A stretch of 63,660 nt of DNA, the filler included, from Klebsormidium nitens (Eukaryota > Plantae > Klebsormidiophyceae), in assembly GCA_000708835.1 (NCBI GenBank). It is 5 parts of 5 records of this genome, joined end to end, with 100 filler letters (N's around TTAATTAATTAA, not from the genome) between each part and the next. Parts side by side here need not be neighbours in the genome. Positions count along the whole stretch, not along the records: positions 26,804 to 40,228 come from DF238070.1; positions 40,329 to 51,399 come from DF238137.1; 3 more parts are not named here. One strand, given 5' to 3'. Of this stretch, positions 34,401 to 45,740 are shown in pieces (position 1 is the stretch's first letter; each line of letters opens with the position of its first letter). Made by a program: the position numbers and the translations under genes. Under the pieces are notes generated by a model. The model had not been told where the DNA came from and ran no database searches. It saw only the letters and a program-made list of their open reading frames with translations.

Positions 34401-37400
34401 CCTCCTGAATCCGGCCACATCATGGACTCATTATGACCATCTTAGACCAGATCTTGCTGCAAATGGTGCCCAAGCTCACTGCTGCTTCAACGCAGCACTG
34501 CAAAAGTGGATTGGCTACAGGAGGGAAAACCGAGCAGCGCACATACCGTAGCGCCGGGAGGTACTGCTGTCTGCTTGCATGAACGCGTTGAAGATGCACC
34601 CCCACGCCTCCTCTGCGATACCCACGCCAGTGTCACGAACCTCAAACTCCACCAGCGTACTCGTCATGCCCGAGCCTGCCAGGTACGGAACGGTCTCTGC
34701 AGGCTTTGGCCCCCTTGAAACACTACCTGCCCGCTTGCTTGACTGCCTCTGTTCATTCAACACCCGCTTCTGGGCGTCTCTGGCACTCTGTGCATCCGAG
34801 CCGTCGCTCCGATCGCCCAGGTAACACTCCTCCAAAGTTCTCACAGCATCTCCAACTTCCAATCCGTATTCTACACTTGTTCCATCAGCTCCCGCTGCCC
34901 CCCCCTCTCCCTCCGCCAGCCGCACCTCCACATGGATCCCCCCAGCATGTGTGAACTTGAGCGCGTTGCTGAGCAGGTTCAGCAAGATCTGGCGCAGTCT
35001 CATGGGGTCCCCCACCACGAGATTGGGCACCTGCTCGCTGACGTGGAGGCTCAAGGCCAGGCTTTTCTCCCGGGCGCCCTGGTCCAGCAGCGCCAGCGCC
35101 TGGTGCACCTCCTCCCGCAGCCCGAAGGTGAGCGCCTCCAGCTGCAGGTTCTTTGCCTCGATCTTGGACAGGTCCAAGATGTCGTTGATCAGCTTCAGCA
35201 GTAAGTCGCCAGAGCTGCGGATCGTCTCCACAGATTCCCTTTGCTCCGCACTGAGGGGCGTATCCAACAGCAGCTCCGCGACCCCAATGACGCCATTCAT
35301 CGGCGTCCGAATCTCGTGGCTGCAGTTGGACAAGAACTGCGACTTTGCCTGGTTTGCAGCCTCTGCGTCCTCCTTTGCCGCCCGGAGTGCGGCCTCCGCT
35401 GCTTTTCTTTCGGTGAGGTCGTGCCAGATGCTGATGAAGACCTCCTTCCCCTCCAGGTTAAGCGACTTGATTGAGACCTCCGTGGGAGTCAGGACCCCGT
35501 TGGCCCGCTTATGTAGCCACTCAAAGCGCAGCACCTTCTTCGTCTCCTTGGCCAGCGCCTTTTTGGCCTTTGCTTTCTCCGCCGTGCGCTGCCCGTCTGG
35601 CTGGTACTCGGGGCTGAAGTCCTTCGCGCTCTTCCCCAAAACATCCATCTTGCTCTTGTACCCCAGAAACTCGAGTGCCGCTGCGTTGCAGTCCAGGACC
35701 CCAGTGTCGTCGAAGACGTAGTAGGGATCCGTGGCGAGTTGAAGATGGTCTCGAACTTCTCTGTGGCCGAATGGCGGTCGGTGACGTCATGTACGACCCA
35801 GACCTCGCCCCGTGGCTGAGCGCCTCCTCCGCACTCCAGCAGGCGCTTGCTGCCGTCCTTCCGGTAGAGCTCCAAGATGCGGACAGGGGGGAGTCCCCGA
35901 GAGCTAGCCTGAATCAGGAGGGGAGGCCCCAGCCTTGAGGAAAAGAAAGTAAACGGACCAAGACAGGGAGGGACAAAGCAAAAGTTTTGGGGGATGGCCG
36001 CAGCGCCTAACCATGAGAAGCCCTAAGAACCAGGAGAATGGCAAGGAAATGCACCTGAAGTGAGGAGTCCCTTTTGAAAGCAGGATTCAAGCAACACAGA
36101 TACTCTCAAACTCAGTCGAATCCGAATGAGGTGCCCAGATACCATGAAGTCAACGGCAAGGCGCCCAAGCCAATCACGATTGTCAAGGTCAGTTGTAACT
36201 TCACTCCCACTTTGACAGAAGTTGAACTCAATGTGCTGGAAGGAAGATGTCGCCTTCTGATTGCACTATCAGAGAGATTGACAAAACTTTGACAGGGAGC
36301 GCAGGTACAACGAATCAGGCAGACTTTCACGTCCATCCCCGATCCGACGGGCTCTGCATATGAATCTGGCCTGCGTCCAAGGACTGCCTCCCGCGCCTGC
36401 AACACCTCATTGCCACCATTGATCGACATGCCAGAGAGCTTGGAACATAGGAGGACTATGGGACCAACAACTGCCCCCCACCTTCTTCATNNNNNNNNNN
36501 NNNNNNNNNNNNNNNNNNNNNNNNNNNNNNNNNNNNNNNNNNNNNNNNNNNNNNNNNNNNNNNNNNNNNNNATGATCCTTGTGCAGGAGCTTGAACCACA
36601 CAGACAAAGTGGGCACTTCCTCCTGAGTATACCCAATCAAGCCCTCCATGGCGGGGTTTGGGTACACTGGGGGATCGGCAGGGTCCCCGGTCCGGTCAAT
36701 CTGCAGCGCCCCGACATTGATGTTGTCCACCAGGAGCTGAAGCCGCTGCTTTTCTGACAACACCGCTTCCGCGGCTTGGGCCTCTAGCAGTAGGCGCTTC
36801 AGCTCGGTGATGTCGGTGTAGAATCCGATGAGAGCCTGCCAGACAAGCAATGCAATTGATCTGCAATAGAATCATGCTCAAGATTCGAAACAAAACCGAA
36901 CTTGATTGGTCACTTTGCAAAGCCCTGGTTCTCTCCACAACTTTGAAAAGTTTGACAAGTCACTCTCCTGGCGCATCCCCCACAAGAAGTAAGATTAGTC
37001 AAGCGAACATGGAAACACGCAAGAAGTTTTGAAATCGACAAAGATCCAGTGACATCTATGTGCAATCTGAGCCTTGCAAACAAACACCTCGATAGCCATT
37101 GTTCTCACCTGTCCCCGAATGCAACTCTTGAAGTGGGCCTAGTCCCATTCTCACCTTTTCCCCCGTAATCGTCTTATACGGCATTTGCAGTGCTCGGAAG
37201 TACCGGTTGGGCTCGCCCTTGATGCACTGGTCCTGATAAAAGGTCGTGTGTGCATCCTCGAGAACTTTGCGGTCGTCCTCTTCAAAGAACCGATACAAAG
37301 CCTCAGGGTGCGTGTTTCCCCAGATCTCTCGAACGGTTCGACCAACGACCTCTCCTTTTGGCTTTCTGTACAGCTGGCATAGCGCCTCATTTGCAAACAA

Positions 37401-38208
37401 GTACCGACCCTGGAAGAGAGGCCACAACCTTGGTTACAACAAAGTAACAGCAGCACCGTGTTGACGTCGAGCTGAGAAGACGCATAGGCACATTTTCAGG
37501 AACATCATGCTGGTTTTATCACAATCAGTAGTGCGCAAGCATGAACGCTGAGGCCTTCATCCTGCAGAACCATTGGTAGAAGTCACAATCACGTTTTATC
37601 AACACGTTGATAAAAGGGAGTACCTGTGACGGTCACCCTGACTAGATGAAAGAAAACAAAGCATCTGACATGTAATACACATCTGCAGGCGCTTTAATGC
37701 TCTTCAATCCATGAAGCTGACCATCCTGGCGCCTCACCTGAGCATCTTTGATGAAGACCAGGGTAGGAATCAGATCCAGCGTGTACTCGAATTGTTTTTG
37801 CAACGCGCGTACCTGGTCCTCCAGCTGAGCTGTTCGGTCAGGACAAGGCCAGAAGTGCAGCAGCACCAGGCACTCCGACGATGCAGGACATATTATACTG
37901 CTGGTACTGCATACCTCAAGTGCAGCACGGGCACTGCCACAGCCACAAGTCCCTCCCTGGTGAGCAGGACTGGCAGCCGGATCTGTGTATACCAGCTGCA
38001 TCTCCACCTCAACTCGTAGAGCTCCATTCCTGCTAGACTCTGCCCTCTGCTTTGTGAGCGCGCTTTCTTCAGGCCTGGGCCTGCTTTTCCACGTCCGTAA
38101 ATACGACGAGAAGGATATGAGGCGATCCTGACCGGACGTGAGTTGCCGGACAAGTTCCTCATAGCGAGCTTGGGAGAATGTAGGAAGGAGACCTTCTGGG
38201 ACATGCAT
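31402..38208 (-). CDS. Hybrid sensor histidine kinase (3 PAS + HisKA + HATPase_c + receiver), ~1012 aa, 10 exons: 38208-37915, 37824-37738, 37409-37155, 36835-36482, 35908-34547, 33915-33764, 33380-33240, 32759-32610, 32221-32101, 31523-31402
   Basis: H-box [12 protein letters not shown]; N-box [16 protein letters not shown]; G1 VRDTGVGI; G2 [10 protein letters not shown]; receiver LVAE|[12 protein letters not shown]|DG, IIALTA, G|[11 protein letters not shown] signatures: [36 protein letters not shown]. There is one 1-nt frameshift near 35742 and an 80-N gap in exon 4. Upstream exons are possible. Confidence 0.9.
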
Positions 38209-39519
38209 CTGCGAGGGGGTGAAAAACAACCTTGCTATCAGCACTGGGTCTTCTCAAACCTCCCTGTCCCAGAGCATGAGCAACCCTGGGACATTTAATA
38301 AAAGGCTTTCATTTGGGGAACGAAGTGGGGGACGAGCAAACAGCAGAGGGGGAGAGTTGGTGGGACTATGAAAGAACGAAGTGGGTGGCGCACGAAGTGG
38401 GGGACAAACAATTGAAAAAAAAACACATCTTTCCTTTTAACAAAGTGGGGGTGGGGGGGGGAGCGATAGCCCCCCCCCATAGTCTCGCCGGGGGGCTATG
38501 GGAGGGGACGAAGTGTAGGACCCTCTAAGCTCTATTACGAGTCACTCAGGTGGCCCGGAAGATTTAGGGATTTCTTCGCTTCATCTATCCGGAGTTTCTT
38601 CAAGTTCAGGGAAATTGTAAACAATCACTACTCCTGTCCCCATGCTATGGAGAATTTGGCAACACCAACCTTTTGATTTCAGCTCAGAAAGTGAGCATAT
38701 GTCCAAACTCGTCTTAGTCTCTCCCATTCTATCCATCCCAATGCACTGGCCAGTTCAAGAGAGGATGGCCCAGCAAGCTGAAGACCACCTTGCATTGCTA
38801 GAGGTTGCAGCATACCAAACCTCGTTCTCTGACTCACTAAACTCCTTTCGCTGCAATGCTTTGCAGTTGACAAGCAATGCCAGACTTCGCAGCATACCCA
38901 CCCTCAAATTCTGACTGACAAGATTCCTTCAGCTGCAATGCCATGCAGTTGACAGGGCAGCAGCAATGAGCATTTCCAGAAGACCTCATTCCACAATCTG
39001 ACTGTAACTACATGTGACAGGAACATATGCATCGGACGGTGCATTGTTAGCACTTGTTCTATTGACCAAGCCAATAGTTGCCAGCTACAAGTGCAAAAAA
39101 GTGAACAAAATGTCAGTCGTGCACCTTCACATGGAGCCTTTCGTTACCACAGCAATGGTGAGCACGATCGAGAAAGAACCAGAAAGTCTCAATTTGTTCC
39201 TCGCCGGAGTCGCTGCTCACCTGACAAAGCTCCTCTTCTCCAGTAGACTGGATTGCCTCTAACAAGCCCCTGCTCGCTACTTTACACTGGCCCGAGGACA
39301 AATGCAGGAGGCATTGCAGGGATTGGGTGTGCCAGACAAACTGCTCCATCCTGGACGTATGAAAGCCTAGCAGGATCCTGGCGACTACAAGTACTACAAG
39401 CATCAGAAACCTGCTGAGGCGCAGCGCTAGGACGGTACACAACATCCTCTTGGATGTACGGTAGCGCTTGCGCTGCTGTCCTGCCAACAAGAGCTTTAGC
39501 CTTGAGGTGGGATTCCCAC

Positions 39520-39650
39520 CACTGGCCACGAGCAACGGGCCATGAGCAACGGGCCATGAGAAACGGGCCACGGGCTACTGGCCACGAACCCGCGCTGCAC
39601 GGGCCACGGGCCACGAGCCACACCCCGCACGGGTCACGAGCTACTGGTGC
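39520..39650. repeat. Short GC-rich tandem array of ggccacgag/gggccacgg-type units
   Basis: Repeated gggccatgagcaac / ggccacgagc units are visible directly. Confidence 0.7.
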
Positions 39651-41521
39651 AAAATGGACAAAGCATTTAGTGTTATCAGCTCTCTTGACGGGTGGAAATC
39701 CGCTCGAACTGTCTGAGTTGGTAGCATCCTTCCCGGGGAAACAGCAGCTTAGGGTCGCACACCAACCGGGGAGAAATATCAATTACTAACCGTTTTTAGG
39801 GTTTTGTGCCGGGGGCCATTTCCAGCCAGAGAGTTGGGTTTTTGATGTGGTCGGTAAGCATCGAGTCAGGGTTCATCACAAGGAGACTTGTTAGGATTTT
39901 GTGCCGGGAGTCTCTCTCCGGCCATGAGATTGGGCTTTTAGTGTGGTCGGGGGCCCGAAGTATATACCCGGTACAGACCGGATCGCGGACCAGGATCTTC
40001 TGACACGGCACCAACGCGTGGCGGTAACTGGCGAACATATGGACCTCAAGCGACAGTTCAAAGGCTTCATGGATACACTTTCGGATGCTAATCGAATTAA
40101 GTGCTTTATCGCACGCACGTGCTACGCAAGGGCCACGAGCTCACGCGACGGTACGGTATTCTGGTTTCTCCGTAATGCCAATGATTGGAAGAGAAATCAG
40201 TACTGGTACGAGGAGGGTAGGGATTCTCNNNNNNNNNNNNNNNNNNNNNNNNNNNNNNNNNNNNNNNNNNNNTTAATTAATTAANNNNNNNNNNNNNNNN
40301 NNNNNNNNNNNNNNNNNNNNNNNNNNNNCATGAGAATCAGATGGAGATCAGGGTAAGTCGCTGGCAGCTGCTGGGGGCCTCCACTGGCATTCTGATCATT
40401 CTCATCTATTCCGCTGCTCTTCAGCTGCATTTGAGGGACCACCACATTTCGGCAGTGGCTGGTGTTGACAGTGACGCAACGGCGCAGGACAAATTCTTGG
40501 GGTATGCCTTCAGCACTGACCCCCGTGTACGACCACAAACGAAAAGCGGGCCATCACAGAAGGAGATTGAGGCTATATTGTTGAAAGTTGAGCCAAAATT
40601 TCAGGAGCACTGTGAAAGCATATTGAAAGGAAAGGCAATTCCCACCTATCCAGCTACCCGGCCGTGCCCGGAGGAAACCTGTGCAGGTGTGGTACCGACC
40701 GCCCAGCTACTTGATCTGGTCATTTATCAAGAATTTTATGTTTCGCGACACGTGAGGGTGTTAACACAGGAAGCATGTCGGAGACACTAATAAAATAACG
40801 TACTTCGTCCTACTTGCGACAGTGACTTTGACAGTGACATTGACAGTGGCCGGGGCTTCACTTTGACATTAGGGTTATGTTGCAAACCTGTGACGGTTCG
40901 TGGAGATCGACGGGCGTTTGGTTACGGTTACGTCATTTCCATGTGACATTAGGGTTCCTTTAATACTGACAGTGACAACCGGGCAGATTCCTTTTGTCTA
41001 GTGTACTGTGTACGTAGCCACTTTCTCTGACCCGGTCGCCATCTGTCCCCAGTGGGCCGTACCGCATACTGTACGGTAAAATCTGACAACTGCTCTCTGT
41101 ACATACTAGGCGGCTAGGCCCGCTCAGTGTGGCAAAATGGACAATCTACGCTATTATATTAGTGTCTCCGGTCGATTTGTCAGAGTAAATTCTCTCGCAT
41201 GCCGTCAATCTATGCAGATATTGGCTAGTGGTCTGACGTGTGTCAGAGCGATCTGTTTGCTTGGATCCGGTAACTCCGGTCCCTTTGACTGGGCCCTAGC
41301 ATGGTACCGGGCTACTTCTCGGTCTACGAAGCGTACGCCGGTACCCGGGACGACTTTGGTGGTGTATACGGGTTCCAGGAACCCAGTTTTGGTATATCAC
41401 AGCGGTGTCATCACGGTTTCCGTTCAGGTTTGTCGTGGCTTAAGTCGCAATTACGATGAGAAAATTCTGGTCACTGGTTTGGGGTTGAACTAAACTGATC
41501 GATTGGGATTTCCGGTCAATC

Positions 41522-42047
41522 CACGAGGTGGCAACTCAAGTTTTAAAACACCCCGTGTTTTATTCATCTTATTTTCTAAAAACCGCACAAAATCAAAAGC
41601 GTTGAGGTTTTACTCATAACCAACGGATAGAGCTCGTCAAGAGGCTCCTAAAACACCCCTTATTTTTAAAAATGGACCCCCCCCTGAATTTTAAACCAAC
41701 TTTAAAACAGAATAAAACAGCTAAAACAGCCGCAAGACATGTGCGTCCAAGATGAGGCTCAAAATATCCCTGTTTTAAAAACGGCAAAACAACCAAAACG
41801 TTTTAAAATGCCTTCATCTTAACATATTGGGGTTTTATTTGCGATAAGATAATTGCTTTCAATCTGGATGGATGTAATATGTGCACGAAATCCAAGAAAA
41901 GCCTATAAAACGTAAATAAAACGTCTTTGGGGCGCTTTTCAACCATTTTAAAACGTTTTAAACCAGTTTTAAAACGGTCGAAGCAAGCCAAACGGGGTGT
42001 TTTACTCCGCACATGACATGTTTTAAAACGGGAGTTGCCACCCCGGG
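41522..42047. mobile_element. hAT-type MITE, 526 bp, with an 8-bp TSD (GGTCAATC)
   Basis: TIR cacgaggtggcaactc matches the reverse complement of gagttgccaccccggg at 14/16 and extends into gttttaaaaca. GGTCAATC occurs at 41514-41521 and 42048-42055. The interior is AT-rich with TTTTAAAA repeats. Confidence 0.88.
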
Positions 42048-42069
42048 GGTCAATCCCGGTCGATCAGTC

Positions 42070-42255
42070 AGTCACAGTCACAGTCGCAGTTACACTTGTA
42101 GAGTCACAGTCACAGTCACAGTCACAGTCACAGTCACAGTCACAGTCACAGTCCTTGTTTAAAAACTTGTTACATATTACGGTTGATAATAAGTAGGTTA
42201 AACCGTCTCGGTCACAGTCACAGTCACAGTCTAGTCACAGTCACAATCACAGTCA
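42070..42255 (+). repeat. (GTCACA)n microsatellite, two tracts
   Basis: gtcacagtcacagtc... runs at ~42070-42152 and ~42211-42255. Confidence 0.9.
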
Positions 42256-42711
42256 TCCGATCACCGTCAGCTATAAACCTGGCAGGGCTAACTCCACCCG
42301 TCCAAGTACCCGGCCGTCAATGACAGTGCCCGGAGGACCGCTGTGCAGGTGCGGTACCGACCGGTCAGCTGCTTGATCTGGTCATTTATGTTCGCGGCAC
42401 AAGAGGGTGTTAACACACGCATGATGCTGGAGACACTAATATAATAGCGTACTTTGTCCTACTTGGCAAGTAACTTGCCTCAGTGTGCTGAGGCTTGCTC
42501 TCTGAATACTCCCGCCCGTTGCGCGCGTATATAATTGTGACACGTGGCATGCAGACACTTACTGCTGCATGGACGGGTGTGCGCGCTAAGCCGCGGCCGG
42601 CGCGGTATAAGTGCAACTTCATTGCATGCAGCTAGAGTGCGGAGTCTCCGTCCGTCAGGGTCACGTATAGCACCGGGAGTCGTTCGTGACCACATGCGAC
42701 TGAGTCCGGAG

Positions 42712-43856
42712 TCGGCCCCGGAACATGGAATACTTGACCCCCAGTATTCTGTATTCCAATTTCCAAGGTTCCAAAAAAGGAGTATTCCGTATTCCAAGGT
42801 GCTCAAGTATTCTGTATTCCGTTTCGTAAATGTGTCTTTTGACACTTTGGAAGCTACGTAAGGAGGGCGCTTGTCGTGTGAGTTTTTCTACTGTTACCTC
42901 AAAAACTTACTAACCTCACACACCCACTACCTATACACAAAGCACTGAGCGCGCGCACGCGCGACCGGCGCCGGCCGGATGTAAACCCTGCGAACTCGAC
43001 CCAATCATAGGTGGCAACACCCTTGTCAAGCGTAAACCGGCATTAACCAAGTGGCTGAAGTTGGTGACGTCACAACAAGGAAGCCGCCAAATCGGGAAGC
43101 GACACGTGGCTGTTAGTCCGGAAGAGTCTAGAAAGAGAAGAAAGTGCCCGGAAGCTTCGTAGTCTTCCAGTAGAATCCGAACATAGTACCCGGTACATTA
43201 CCACAGAGAAACAAGTCGGTTCTACTTAGGATAAAGTAGATGTGGGGTCGGTTGCCAGCATGACTGGTCGCTGACTGCCCGTGATAGGCTAGATGAGAAA
43301 GGAAGACAAGATCAAAAGAAAAAGAGAGGAGAATATTTCGAAAATTCTTTCCTGAAAGAGATAGGAAGAATCCACTTGTGTGTGCCTTGCGGCCACCAAG
43401 TGCTTGACCCACTATCTTCTGTTTAATGCGCACCGACCGACCCACTTCAACTATCTATTTGCCACTGTATGTGAATGCTTTGCATGATTTGATGAAGATT
43501 TAATTTGTGGGCTTGTTTATTCTGCTTCACCCTACCAGTCTGCATGTCAGCACTGTATACTTCCTGTGCATTTATGACGTACTCATATGCCATGGCATCA
43601 TACACCTAGCATGTTTCCAAGCAAGGCGATTTCTAAGGTAACACTACAATCTTCTTTCGTTCGAAGCATGCTTTTGGATGTCTTTTTAGTTCGAAGTCAA
43701 GTATTCTGCCGCTGTTTGCCACATGTTGTGTAGTATGCTCGGAAAAGCCCAATATTGTGTATTCTAGTATTCCAAGGCCCAAATTTGGGTATTCCGGATT
43801 CTTTCGCTTCCAAAAATGGGTATTCCGTATTCCATTATTCCATGTTCCGGGGCCTA
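42712..43856. mobile_element. Non-autonomous TIR element (~1.15 kb) with GTATTCC subterminal repeats
   Basis: A perfect 19-bp TIR ggccccggaacatggaata (42714-42732) pairs with tattccatgttccggggcc (43836-43854). A CCGGAG direct repeat flanks both sides (42706-42711, 43857-43862). Confidence 0.75.
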
Positions 43857-44583
43857 CCGGAGAGCCACACGATGCTTACTCGGTATCAGAGTACCGTAGA
43901 TCGATAGGCAGGAATCCGACCGTTGATAGATACAAGTCGAAAGGCCTCGCAGGGAGAGAAGTTAGCTCTCCGCATTAGTAACGTGTCTGGGCAAAGGAAC
44001 TCGATATCTCATTGAGAACTTGCGCTAAGACTTGCTTGGTCTATCGTGCAGGTTCTCTACGGGGCCTCCTTCCGGAGCCTTCCACGAGTCCCGGCGACCC
44101 AGTCATATATAAATAAGGGTCCTTTAGACTTGGGGAAAGGCCGCATAACACTCCGGCCAGAATCGATAGAAGTTAGATACTTTGCAGAACTTTAGCTCAT
44201 TCCTTGTGTTTCCAGATTTCCTAGCTTTTGGAATAGAGCGCAAAGGCGCTAGAAGAGCAGGAACAGGGGATTTGCAGCAGCACAGTCCAATGGGATAGTG
44301 CGCTGTGTGAGCACTAAGACATTCTGTGTGGCTTTAAGGCAGGACGCCTTGTTATATCTCAGGTATTGTTGCCCCTCATTGCATGAATGCTGCGTGACTA
44401 CTGTCACTGCGCACAGTCTCCGCAGGAAGAATACTCATGGCCATGATTAGGGAACTACCCTTGTGATAATATGACATGAGATGTGCCTCCCGGAGCACAA
44501 GTCTGTGAGTGCATTGCTTATGTGAGTGATTGGATAAATAAATGATGAATGAAAGCTTCGCATATGTAATTGCAACCTAAAAG

Positions 44584-45158
44584 TGTTACGATCCGTGTGG
44601 CATATCCATTTGGACCTATCCATTAGGGTAGTCGAATATCTGTTCTGAACCTCTGTTCTGCATATTCTGAGCTATATTCATTTGTCGCTTTAGTCTAGTT
44701 GTCACCCGCACATGAGTACTGTATATGTGCACCGCCGGCTACGTGTCATATCTGATGTACGCATGGCAGTCGGCCCGCGTATTGGACGCGACGACTCACA
44801 CATGACACGAATGCATCTTACTGGATAATGATGTACAACCCGGGCCGGGATGACTCGACTTAGCTCTTTCCAGACTTTTCCACGCGGCCAAGTCTCATGT
44901 ACTGATTACTGTGTTCGATTGAGTACCTGATAGGAATACCAACCTGGGTATGTAGTACGCTTCGTACGTACCGAACCAGGAAGGATGGCCTTGAGGGAGA
45001 ATGTCAATGAACAAGATCACACTTCTGGTGCTGATCTGAAGTAAGCAGTTTTTAAGAGCGCGCAGCTGGTGAGCAAGACAAGGGCTTCCGCAAGTGCATT
45101 CTGATCCGCTATAGGGCCAGCGTAGCCTTATAGGCCTGTAGCGTATCACTGGTATCAG
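44584..45158 (+). mobile_element. Probable 5' LTR (44584-45148) followed by a tRNA-iMet-type primer binding site
   Basis: Termini TGTTACG...CGTATCA form a 6/7 inverted match. TGGTATCAG follows at 45150-45158, upstream of the gypsy gag. No matching 3' LTR was found in the window. Confidence 0.5.
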
Positions 45159-45740
45159 GTTTTTTTCTCTTTCCTTCTTCCTGAGGAAAGGGCCCTTCTT
45201 TCTTGCTTCCAGCTTAGAAAAGCTCCTGCTGCATGTCTGAGAACTTCTCCAGCAGTAGCGAGCAAGAGGAGGTATGGCATAGGTTCCCAGCTTGTAACTG
45301 GAAATACACCTTCTCTGGTCAGCTCAGGGCCATCCGCCTTGAAGGTCCCTTCCATCTCCCCGTCAGGGTGTTCCTCGCTAGGAGGAACAACCAGTCCTGT
45401 CGTTGGAGATAGATTCATCGTGTGAGGTGCGCCAGGGGGACACCATCTTCGAAGTGGAGTGCCGCCAGGGGTTGCATAGGTCGGGGTTCTCGTCTGAGAG
45501 GCTGGCATGCCCGGTCAGCAGGGAGGACCTAATCTCACGAGGAGAGGATCCGGGGCAGGCAAGGTGTGGACCCCGGGCCTTCGTGCAGCTGGATGCTAGT
45601 GTAGAGGATCTGTAGTCCTACTTTAGGGATAATCAGATCTGCACTATCATGTACCTGTAGATAGGAACATACTTACATTGTATATATCAGATACATTGTA
45701 AGTAGACCGTGACCCCATTCTGGTGGTTTCTCTCTCACTC

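Larger units (their letters stand above)
40640..42475 (+). repeat. ~180-bp degenerate direct repeats at ~40640-40820 and ~42293-42475
   Basis: Both copies share tacccggccgt...gcccggagga...tgtgcaggtg.ggtaccgacc...ttgatctggtcatttat...gagggtgttaacaca...ggagacactaat...cgtact..gtcctactt. Confidence 0.75.

Noticed and set aside
34395-34480. [12 protein letters not shown] as a degenerate kinase G2 exon
   Set aside because: The true in-frame G2 exon ([21 protein letters not shown]) is at 33915-33764, so this segment is intronic.
39520-42255. Short repeats considered as a CRISPR-like array
   Set aside because: There are no constant repeats with unique equal-length spacers and no cas genes, and the context is eukaryotic.
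43881-43892. Second PBS-like CGGTATCAGAGT
   Set aside because: No clear LTR 3' end (CA) directly precedes it and no retroelement ORF follows, so the evidence is insufficient.
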